From Candidatus Undinarchaeota archaeon (GTDB taxonomy: Archaea; SpSt-1190; JASMDC01), in the NCBI GenBank assembly GCA_964519305.1, contig CAZFHY010000009.1, forward strand, positions 64,001-128,000: 64,000 bases of DNA. The letters run 5' to 3'. The notes under the pieces were generated by a model. The model ran no database searches. It saw nothing but the letters and a program-made list of their open reading frames with translations, and was not told where the DNA came from. Position numbers and translations under genes: made by a program. The stretch's first letter is position 1. Every line of letters begins with the position of its first letter. This document shows positions 37,748 through 45,206 of the stretch, one piece after another.

Positions 37748-37985
37748 CGTAGTTCCACCTTGCCTTTGTCATTGAAGTCGTGTTCGCCCCCGGTCGTCCG
37801 GCCGTCCCTCACGTAGAGGAAAGGTGGGAGATTTGGAGCCAGGGCCCCGGAACCCAAGCGACATAGGGAAGGTGGCTGCCGCATAAGTCCGTGGTCAATA
37901 ACATGTACCGACCTAGGCCCTGACCCCGAAAGGAGCACGCTGTAAGGACATGAATTGTCGGTGACAAAAACGATCCCTCCAGCGC
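37748..37985 (-). ncRNA. Structured 5' leader of cysK, candidate cis-regulatory RNA
   Basis: Nested helices with several G-U pairs that form only on the cysK-sense strand; see findings. Confidence 0.6.
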
Positions 37986-37986
37986 A

Positions 37987-38030
37987 TATAACTATTGTTA
38001 TAGCTTCTGATTTAAATACCTTTTCTTTCG
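37987..38030 (-). promoter_or_regulatory. cysK promoter (BRE/TATTTAAA) with palindrome TATAAC-N4-GTTATA near the expected start site
   Basis: Minus strand gaaaaggTATTTAAAtcagaagcTATAACAATAGTTATA. Confidence 0.7.
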
Positions 38031-38061
38031 GGCGACAGCCTTCCCATTAGGGGGATAAAGA

Positions 38062-38150
38062 TGGAGCCGGGGCTAAGATTCGAACTTAGCTGTGCCGATG
38101 TCTGCCCTTCAGGACTGCAGTCGGCGGCATGGCCACTCTGCCACCCCGGC
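38062..38150 (-). tRNA. tRNA-Cys(GCA) with 15-nt intron (38100-38114), U73 and encoded CCA
   Basis: GCCGGGG/CCCCGGC acceptor, GCCGA/TCGGC stem, CTGC/GCAG BHB helix, TTCGAAT T-loop. Confidence 0.93.
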
Positions 38151-38211
38151 TCTCTTGATACATTCTAGATACCCTCATCTCATGCATCGTCGGTACGGGC
38201 GTACCGACACG

Positions 38212-38295
38212 CATAACAATAGTTTTTGTTCTTGGTACAAAAACCTTTCGATTCACCCGCTGGACCAAAGGGAAACAAATATAACGATGGTTTTT
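38212..38295. promoter_or_regulatory. Two further ATAAC-N4-GTT sites (38212-38227, 38280-38295) in the divergent tRNA-Cys/regulator promoter
   Basis: CATAACAATAGTTTTT and TATAACGATGGTTTTT. Confidence 0.6.
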
Positions 38296-38335
38296 TCGCT
38301 TAACACATTAAGAACTAAGAGGAGTCCGGTCGACC

Positions 38336-38737
38336 ATGAAGCTTCCTTGTGAGATCATCGTATGGTACCTTCTACCAAGCATCCGTGGCGAGCTCGCCAA
38401 GGAACTATCCCGAAGTGGCCTTCGACAGAAGGACATCGCTTCGCGGTTAGGTATCACTCAGCCTGCCGTTTCCCAGTACCTAAAGGACAAACGCGGCCAA
38501 GAGCTCAAGCTCTCGAAGGAGGCTCTCACCAAGGTACATGCTCTGGCAAAGAAGATGGTCGATAAGGTGGACGAGTCGATCGTGCGTACTGAAGTGTGTG
38601 CCATCTGCGCTATCGCTAAGGAGGGGAACCTCCTGTGCGACATCCACCGCAGCCTGGAAAAGGTCCCGGAGGACTGCTCCGTTTGTTCGAAGGAAGACGA
38701 TTGTATGCTCATAGGCGGTGGAGGGGAGGGTATTTGA
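38336..38737 (+). CDS. Archaeal HTH regulator (COG2522-like), Cys-rich C-terminus
   Basis: MKLPCEI, IASRLGITQPAVSQY, CAIC, LCDIH, CSVC. Confidence 0.87.
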   Translation: MKLPCEIIVWYLLPSIRGELAKELSRSGLRQKDIASRLGITQPAVSQYLKDKRGQELKLSKEALTKVHALAKKMVDKVDESIVRTEVCAICAIAKEGNLLCDIHRSLEKVPEDCSVCSKEDDCMLIGGGGEGI

Positions 38738-39918
38738 AGCGGATCTATCTCGACCATGCCGCCACTACACCGGTCGATCCGGAGGTCCTCGCGGCCATGA
38801 TGCCCTGCTTCGAGAGGGACTTCGGGAACGCGTCCTCCATCCATTCGTTCGGCCAGGATGCGAAGCATCTGATAGAAGAGGCACGTGAGCACGTCGCCGC
38901 TCTCATGAACGCTGGTACTGAAGAGGTCATCTTCACTGCTGGCGGTACGGAGAGCGACAACATGGCGCTCAAGGGTATCGCTGCCCTCAACCGTGACCGG
39001 GTGCGCGACCACCCCGAAGGCCCTCACATCATCACATCCTCCATCGAGCACCCCGCGATCCTCAGGACCTGCGAATGGCTCGAGACCCGAGGATTCGTTG
39101 TCCGATACCTGCCCGTTGATCCCTTTGGGATGATCGATGTGGGATTACTTGAGGACGCGATCGCCCCCGGGACGTTCCTCGTCTCTATCATGTTCGCCAA
39201 CAACGAGATCGGGACCATCGAGCCCGTCAAGCAGCTCGGGGCCGTGTGCCGGGAGCGGGGAGTGCTCTTCCACACCGACGCAGTCCAGGCATGCGGAAAG
39301 GTCCCCGTCGATGTACGGGCCATGAACATAGACCTGCTCTCCCTCTCCTCGCATAAGCTGCACGGCCCCAAGGGCATCGGTGCGCTCTACATGCGGGAAG
39401 GTATCGAACTGGAACCGATCGCCCACGGCGGCGGTCACGAGCGCGGGCTGCGTTCGAGCACTGAGAACGTACCAGGCATCATCGGTCTAGCAAAGGCCGC
39501 CGAGCTGGCCAAGGTGCGGATGGGCGAGGACAGTGCGCGGCTGATGAGCATGCGCGACCGTCTGGTCAGCGGAGTGCTCGACACGGTCCCCGCGTCCCAT
39601 CTCAACGGCCACCCGACCGAGCGGCTCCCCCATAACGCCCACTTCCGCTTCGATGCAGTGGAGGGCGAATCGCTCGTGCTTTCACTGGACCACGAGGGCA
39701 TCGCCAGCTCCTCGGGCTCAGCATGCTCTTCAAAGAAGTCGGGACCGTCGCACGTGCTCACCGCCATCGGGATGGACGGCATCCAGGCCCAGGGCACGCT
39801 CAGGCTCACCCTCGGCCGTGGGAACACGGACGATGAGATCGACAGGACTCTCGAGGTCGTCCCGCGCGTGGTGGCGAAGCTGCGTGAGCTCTCGCCGTTG
39901 TGGAACGGGGGTCCGTGA
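38734..39918 (+). CDS. iscS: Cysteine desulfurase, IscS/NifS class I
   Basis: YLDHAATTP, SSHKLHGPKG, SSGSACSS; TTG start overlapping upstream stop. Confidence 0.93.
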   Translation: MKRIYLDHAATTPVDPEVLAAMMPCFERDFGNASSIHSFGQDAKHLIEEAREHVAALMNAGTEEVIFTAGGTESDNMALKGIAALNRDRVRDHPEGPHIITSSIEHPAILRTCEWLETRGFVVRYLPVDPFGMIDVGLLEDAIAPGTFLVSIMFANNEIGTIEPVKQLGAVCRERGVLFHTDAVQACGKVPVDVRAMNIDLLSLSSHKLHGPKGIGALYMREGIELEPIAHGGGHERGLRSSTENVPGIIGLAKAAELAKVRMGEDSARLMSMRDRLVSGVLDTVPASHLNGHPTERLPHNAHFRFDAVEGESLVLSLDHEGIASSSGSACSSKKSGPSHVLTAIGMDGIQAQGTLRLTLGRGNTDDEIDRTLEVVPRVVAKLRELSPLWNGGP

Positions 39919-39919
39919 T

Positions 39920-41125
39920 ATGGTCGACTGGAACAGATTGCGCGAGGACTTCCCAGTGCTGAAGGAGGTCGTATACCTCGACAGCGCGGCGAGCTGCTTG
40001 ACCCCCATCCCCGTACTGGATGCTATTAGAGAATACTACATTAAGTACAGGGCCAACGTGCACCGCGGAGCCCATCGTCTCTCAGTAAAGGCCAGTGACA
40101 AGTACGATGAGGCACGTGCCAGCGTCACCCGGTTCATCGGGGCGGACGACCCGGTCGAGATCATCTTCACCAAGAACGCTACCGATGGCCTGAACATGGC
40201 GGCCAACGGGCTACGCCTGCGCTCTGACGACAAGGTAGTCCTCACGACCCTGGAACACCACTCCAACCTCATGCCCTGGCAGGTCCTCCACCACAGGCAT
40301 AATGTGGACCTGGCGTTCCTCGAGACCGACGAACAGGGCGGTTTCGACCTGGAGAAGGCGGAAGAGGTCATCGATGACAAGACCGCTGTTGTGAGCCTCA
40401 CACACGGGTCCAACGTGCTCGGGACATTCGGTCCGGTCAAGGATATCGCCAAGCTCGCTCACGACGTGGGCGCGCTGGTGTGCGTCGATGCCGCACAGAC
40501 CGTGGGCCACATGCCCATCGACGTCGACGAGCTGGGTGTGGACATCATGTCGTTCTCGGGCCACAAGGGCGCACTGGGACCCACCGGGATCGGTGTGCTC
40601 TATGTGAGAGGTGAGCACCTGGACAAGCTCAATCCCGTCGCCCTCGGTGGCGGCACCGTCAAGGACGTGGAGACCGGAGGCTTCACCCTTCTGGGCCCCC
40701 CGGACAGGTTCGAGGCAGGAACACCCAACATCAGCGGTGCTATAGGCCTGGGAGCGTCGGTCGAGTACGTGTCCCGTATCGGGACCGAGAACATCGAACA
40801 ACGTGAGCGCGCGCTCCTCACCACCATGCTCAAGGGCCTCCTCGACATCGACAAGCTCACCGTGTACGGACCTGAGGACCCTAAGCTCAAGACCGGTGTC
40901 GTGTCCTTCAACGTGGAGGGTATCAATCCCCACGACGTCGCGATCATCCTCGACGAGATGGACGCCATCGCTGTTCGCTCGGGCCACCACTGCGCCATCC
41001 CGCTGGTGAAGCGCATGGGAGCACCCGACGGTACGGTGCGTGCGTCGCTCGGATGTTACAATAACGAGAAGGACGTGGACACGTTCCTTTCCCGGGTAAG
41101 CGATGTTGCACAGGGACTGACGTGA
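39920..41125 (+). CDS. sufS: Cysteine desulfurase, SufS/CsdA class II
   Basis: YLDSAAS, ANVHRG, EHHSN, FSGHK, FEAGTPN, RSGHHCA. Confidence 0.92.
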   Translation: MVDWNRLREDFPVLKEVVYLDSAASCLTPIPVLDAIREYYIKYRANVHRGAHRLSVKASDKYDEARASVTRFIGADDPVEIIFTKNATDGLNMAANGLRLRSDDKVVLTTLEHHSNLMPWQVLHHRHNVDLAFLETDEQGGFDLEKAEEVIDDKTAVVSLTHGSNVLGTFGPVKDIAKLAHDVGALVCVDAAQTVGHMPIDVDELGVDIMSFSGHKGALGPTGIGVLYVRGEHLDKLNPVALGGGTVKDVETGGFTLLGPPDRFEAGTPNISGAIGLGASVEYVSRIGTENIEQRERALLTTMLKGLLDIDKLTVYGPEDPKLKTGVVSFNVEGINPHDVAIILDEMDAIAVRSGHHCAIPLVKRMGAPDGTVRASLGCYNNEKDVDTFLSRVSDVAQGLT

Positions 41126-41138
41126 AGGGAGTGATGAC

Positions 41139-41600
41139 ATGTCAGCTTTGAACGGCACGGTTGTCTCTGTCAACACGAGCACTGAGAAGGGCGTCCCCAA
41201 GGTCCCACAGGATTCCATCACACTGGTCGAGGAACATGGCGTGGATGGCGACGCTCACGCCTCGTCGACCTGGCACCGCCAGGTTAGCTTGTTGTCCATG
41301 GCCTCCATCGAACGCATGATGGAACAGGGAGTCGAGGTCAAGCCCGGTGATCTTGCCGAGAACATCACGGTCGAGGGGTTCGACGTGCACACCATCCCTG
41401 TCGGTACCCGGCTCAAGATCGGTAGTGACGTTCTGCTCGAGATCTCCCAGATTGGTAAGAAGTGCCATACCGGATGCGCCATCCAGAAGCGGACGGGAAA
41501 GTGCATCATGCCCACCGAGGGCGTTTTCGCCAGGGTGCTCGCGGGCGGTACGGTGCGGTCCGGGGACACCATCCTCGTCGTCGAGGGCACGGCGGAGTAA
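41139..41600 (+). CDS. MOSC domain protein
   Basis: KGVPK, GDAHA, HRQVSLL, AENIT, QIGKKCH..C, CIMPTEG. Confidence 0.9.
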   Translation: MSALNGTVVSVNTSTEKGVPKVPQDSITLVEEHGVDGDAHASSTWHRQVSLLSMASIERMMEQGVEVKPGDLAENITVEGFDVHTIPVGTRLKIGSDVLLEISQIGKKCHTGCAIQKRTGKCIMPTEGVFARVLAGGTVRSGDTILVVEGTAE

Positions 41601-41729
41601 GGTAGTGGATTGAGTAGGCCTCTGAGATCACCTCCTTGACTTCATCTTCCTGGCGTAGGATCAGGTCAAGCCAATCTTCTTCATCGGCCCAAGGAGAGGT
41701 AAGGGACCGCGAGGTTATAAACCCTTCCC

Positions 41730-41984
41730 CTAGGACTCATCATCAGCGCGCTTGTCCTTGATGGTCTGGTCCAGGAAGAGGCGGGCGGCGATTATATGAT
41801 AGCACTCGCCCTGGGTGAGGGTATTGTACCGGCATGTGCACGACCAGCGGCGCTTCCGCCGGTGGTAAACCACGGAATAATCCTTCACGTCGAGATGGAC
41901 TCGCTCCGGACCGGTCGACCGGAGGCTCACACGCCCGTCCCGGACGAGAGCGGCCGCCTTGTGCCGTCTGGCAACTGAACCCAC
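41730..41984 (-). CDS. Small SWIM zinc-finger protein
   Basis: WSCTC...ECYHIIAA. Confidence 0.7.
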   Translation of the reverse strand: MGSVARRHKAAALVRDGRVSLRSTGPERVHLDVKDYSVVYHRRKRRWSCTCRYNTLTQGECYHIIAARLFLDQTIKDKRADDES

Positions 41985-42066
41985 GGTCCGGGAGGGTCAC
42001 GGATAACCTTTATAATAATGGTCAGTTTTGCGGCCTCCGTCCCCACTGTGGGGGCGAGTGACGATC

Positions 42067-45000
42067 ATGACAGCCAAAGCCCAGGTCCGGCCGTATAATC
42101 CCCATACCGTAGAGGAGGAGGTCATCCAGTTCTGGAAGAAGAACGACACCTTCACCAGGGTAAGGGCACAGGTGAAGGACGGTAAACCGTTCTACTTCCT
42201 CGACGGCCCACCCTTCCCCTCGGGCGAAACGCATCCTGGAACGGCGGCCAACAAGGTCTCAAAGGATTTCCTCATCCGCTACAAGCGCATGCGCGGGTTC
42301 AATGTCCGCGACCAGCCCGGCTGGGACATGCACGGTCTTCCCATCGAGCAGAAGACCGAACTGCAGCTCGGGCTCAAGGACAAGCGCGACATCATCGACA
42401 AGGTGGGCATCGATAAGTTCATCGCTGAGTGCAAGAAGTTCGCACTGCGCCACATGGGCGCTATGGAGCGCGACTTCATGCGTCTGGGCGTCTGGATGAC
42501 CTGGGAGAACGCTTACCGGACCATCACCCCCGAGTACATGGAGTCAGTATGGTACGCCCTGAAATGCGTGCATGAGCGCGAGCTCCTCTACAGGGGGAAG
42601 AAGGCCCTTTCCTGGTGCCCGCGGTGCGCCACCATCCTTGCTAAGAACGAGCTCGAGTACAGGACTGTGGAGGACGACTCCATCTTCGTGAAGATGCCCG
42701 TTGCTGACAAGGAGAAGGAGTTCCTCATCATCTGGACCACCACACCCTGGACCATCCCCTTCAACATGGCCATCATGGCCAATCCCGACCTCGACTACCT
42801 CCGGTTCAAGGTGGAGGACGAGGTGTGGATCATGGCCAAGCGCCTGGCGGGCGTGTTCATGGGCTCCATCGTGGAGAAGAAGTACGAGGCGATCGAGACC
42901 ATCAAGGGGTCCGAGCTCGTGGGTATGAAGTACCGTCATCCGTTCTATGAGGAGATGCCCTACCACCAGGAGGATAAGAACGCCTACATGGTGGTGCCGT
43001 CCACCCAGTTCGTCTCCGCCACCGCAGGTTCTGGTCTGGTGCACTGTGCCCCCGGATGTGGTCCCGAGGACTTCCAGATCGGTCTCGACATGGGCATCCC
43101 CATATTCAACGAGGTCGACGAGAACGGCTTTCTCGCCGGCGAGAGCGGTGAGTTCTCCGGGCTCAAGGCCAAGGACGACGACCAACAGTTCGTCGACAAG
43201 CTCAAGGAGAAGGGCTACCTGTTGGCCGGCACGCCGGTGGAACACGAGTACGCCCACTGCTGGCGGTGCGACTCGCCAATCATCTATCGCGCAACGGACC
43301 AGTGGTTCATCGCCGTCTCCAAGATCCGCGAGGACATCCTCGAAGAGATCAAGCAGCTGTACACGGTCCCTGCCGAGGCCAAAGAGATATTCCTGGACTG
43401 GATCGGTAACTTCTCGGACTGGTGCATCACCCTCCAGCGGTTCTGGAACATCCCGGCGCCCATCTGGGTGTGCGACCAGTGCGATAACTACGAGATCTTC
43501 GGCAGGATCAAGGAACTGGAGGAGCGGTCGGGCGTTAAGCTCGACGACATCCACCGGCCGAAGGTGGACCCGCTCACCTGGAAGTGTAAGTGCGGCGGCA
43601 CCATGAGCCGCATCCCCGACGTGCTCACCGGATGGCTGGACTCGGGAGCGGCGCCATGGGCCTCGCTCGCCTATCCCCAGCGTCAGGACCTCTTTGAGCA
43701 GTACTTCCCCTCCGACTTCGTCATGGAGGGACGCGACCAGATCCGCGCGTGGTTCTCTGCCATGATGAACTTCTCCATGGCCGCGTTCGGACGTCGTCCG
43801 TACAACGCCGTGTACTGGCACGGGTTCTTCAACGACCAGGAGGGTCGCAAGATGTCCAAGAGCAAGGGCAACTTCGTGGCCGTCCAGCAGATCGCCGAGA
43901 AGATGGGCGGGGATCCAGTCCGCATGAAGTTCATCGAGTGGATCGCCCCCGGTCAGGACGTGCGCTTCAACATGCGCGACATCGAGGAGAACGCCAAGGC
44001 GCTCAACGTGCTCTGGAACATGCACAATCTCATCGTCCGCTCCGCGCGGGCCGCAGGGATCGATCCCACGAAGGCGACGTTCAAGGACGAGGACCTGGAC
44101 TTCACCGACCGCTGGCTGCTGTCGGTGTACAGCTCTCTCGCCGAAACGGTGACCGAGAAGTTCGAGAACTTCCACCTCTCCGACATCCCAACGCTCATGC
44201 GCCACTTCTGGCTCGAGGACCTCTCCCGGTGGTACGTGCAGAACAAGCGGCGTCAGATAGCCGCTGGCGACGAGACCACCATGGCAGTCCTATCTCACGT
44301 CTACCTGGGCCTTCTACGATTGGTGAGCCCCATGGTGCCCATGACGGCCGAGGGAATCTATCAGGACCTTCGCAAGGAGTACGGTCTCAAGGAGAGCTCG
44401 GTCCATCTCCAGGAGTGGATCGAGGCCGATCCATCACGCATCGATGAGGACATCGAGCGGGACATGGAGATCCTCCGCGACGTGACCACCAACGTGCTGG
44501 CCGCTCGCGAGAAGGTGAACCGTGGAGTCCGCTGGCCGCTGAGGAACGTTGACGTCATCACCCGCGACAAGCGCGTGATCTCGGCCCTGGCCAAGCAGGG
44601 CGAGCTCGTCAAGCGCCTCACGAACGCTTGGGAGCTTGTTGTCAAGCAGCACGAGGAGAGCCTCACGCATATAGTGAAGCCCGACTTCGCTCGCATCGGC
44701 CCCAAGCACAAGGGTCTGGCCGGTGCAATCACTAAGGCAATCCAGGCAGCGGATTCCGAGAAGGTCGTCGAGTCGCTCGACCGCAATGGGTCCTTCACCG
44801 TCACCGCGGGCGACCACGAGGTCGTCATCGAGCGGGACGAGGTGTTCATCGAAGAGACCGTCCCGGACACTGTATACTCGATCCCCGGTACGCGGTTCTC
44901 CATCTATGTTGACCTTGAGGAGAACGAGGACATGCTCTCATCCGGGCTTGCGCGCGAGGTCGTCCGCCACGTGCAGTCGTTACGGAAGAAGGCCGAGCTC

Positions 45001-45189
45001 GTGCGGACCGACCGCATCAAGCTCACCATCGCCAAGGACGTCGCCGACAAGCTCAAGCCTCACACGGACGAGATAACGTCCACCGTGGGCTCCGACGAGC
45101 TTGTGTTCGGTAAGGTCGATGGACGTGAGTTCACGACAACGTTCACCTCCCGCGAGACGAAGGTCGCTGTAGGATTCGACAAGGTATAG
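42067..45189 (+). CDS. ileS: Isoleucyl-tRNA synthetase (archaeal/eukaryotic type)
   Basis: DGPP, HPGT (HIGH variant), PGWDMHGLPIE, WTTTPWT, DWCI, EGRDQ, KMSKS. Confidence 0.97.
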   Translation: MTAKAQVRPYNPHTVEEEVIQFWKKNDTFTRVRAQVKDGKPFYFLDGPPFPSGETHPGTAANKVSKDFLIRYKRMRGFNVRDQPGWDMHGLPIEQKTELQLGLKDKRDIIDKVGIDKFIAECKKFALRHMGAMERDFMRLGVWMTWENAYRTITPEYMESVWYALKCVHERELLYRGKKALSWCPRCATILAKNELEYRTVEDDSIFVKMPVADKEKEFLIIWTTTPWTIPFNMAIMANPDLDYLRFKVEDEVWIMAKRLAGVFMGSIVEKKYEAIETIKGSELVGMKYRHPFYEEMPYHQEDKNAYMVVPSTQFVSATAGSGLVHCAPGCGPEDFQIGLDMGIPIFNEVDENGFLAGESGEFSGLKAKDDDQQFVDKLKEKGYLLAGTPVEHEYAHCWRCDSPIIYRATDQWFIAVSKIREDILEEIKQLYTVPAEAKEIFLDWIGNFSDWCITLQRFWNIPAPIWVCDQCDNYEIFGRIKELEERSGVKLDDIHRPKVDPLTWKCKCGGTMSRIPDVLTGWLDSGAAPWASLAYPQRQDLFEQYFPSDFVMEGRDQIRAWFSAMMNFSMAAFGRRPYNAVYWHGFFNDQEGRKMSKSKGNFVAVQQIAEKMGGDPVRMKFIEWIAPGQDVRFNMRDIEENAKALNVLWNMHNLIVRSARAAGIDPTKATFKDEDLDFTDRWLLSVYSSLAETVTEKFENFHLSDIPTLMRHFWLEDLSRWYVQNKRRQIAAGDETTMAVLSHVYLGLLRLVSPMVPMTAEGIYQDLRKEYGLKESSVHLQEWIEADPSRIDEDIERDMEILRDVTTNVLAAREKVNRGVRWPLRNVDVITRDKRVISALAKQGELVKRLTNAWELVVKQHEESLTHIVKPDFARIGPKHKGLAGAITKAIQAADSEKVVESLDRNGSFTVTAGDHEVVIERDEVFIEETVPDTVYSIPGTRFSIYVDLEENEDMLSSGLAREVVRHVQSLRKKAELVRTDRIKLTIAKDVADKLKPHTDEITSTVGSDELVFGKVDGREFTTTFTSRETKVAVGFDKV

Positions 45190-45206
45190 CCCCTACCGCC
45201 GGACCC

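Noticed and set aside
37785-37812. GAGGGACGGCCGGACGACCGG resembles the SAM-I riboswitch P2 region
   Set aside because: No AUC/GAU P1, GCAACC or GGUGC elements in the required order
37834-37924. 91-nt element ending in UCCA as a real tRNA such as tRNA-Sec
   Set aside because: No T-arm or anticodon arm can be built; kept only as part of the leader finding
37809-37951. Short upstream ORFs in the cysK leader as cysteine attenuator peptides
   Set aside because: MSLQRAPFGVRA has no Cys and the 31-aa ORF has one; no Cys run and no well-spaced SD
41626-41636. GATCACCTCCT, identical to the 16S rRNA 3' end
   Set aside because: No rRNA sequence upstream (MOSC CDS); as a minus-strand SD it has no suitable start codon
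42544-44205. Long antisense and alternate-frame ORFs (for example 553 aa opposite ileS)
   Set aside because: Shadow ORFs expected from high GC3; they overlap well-supported genes and have no motifs
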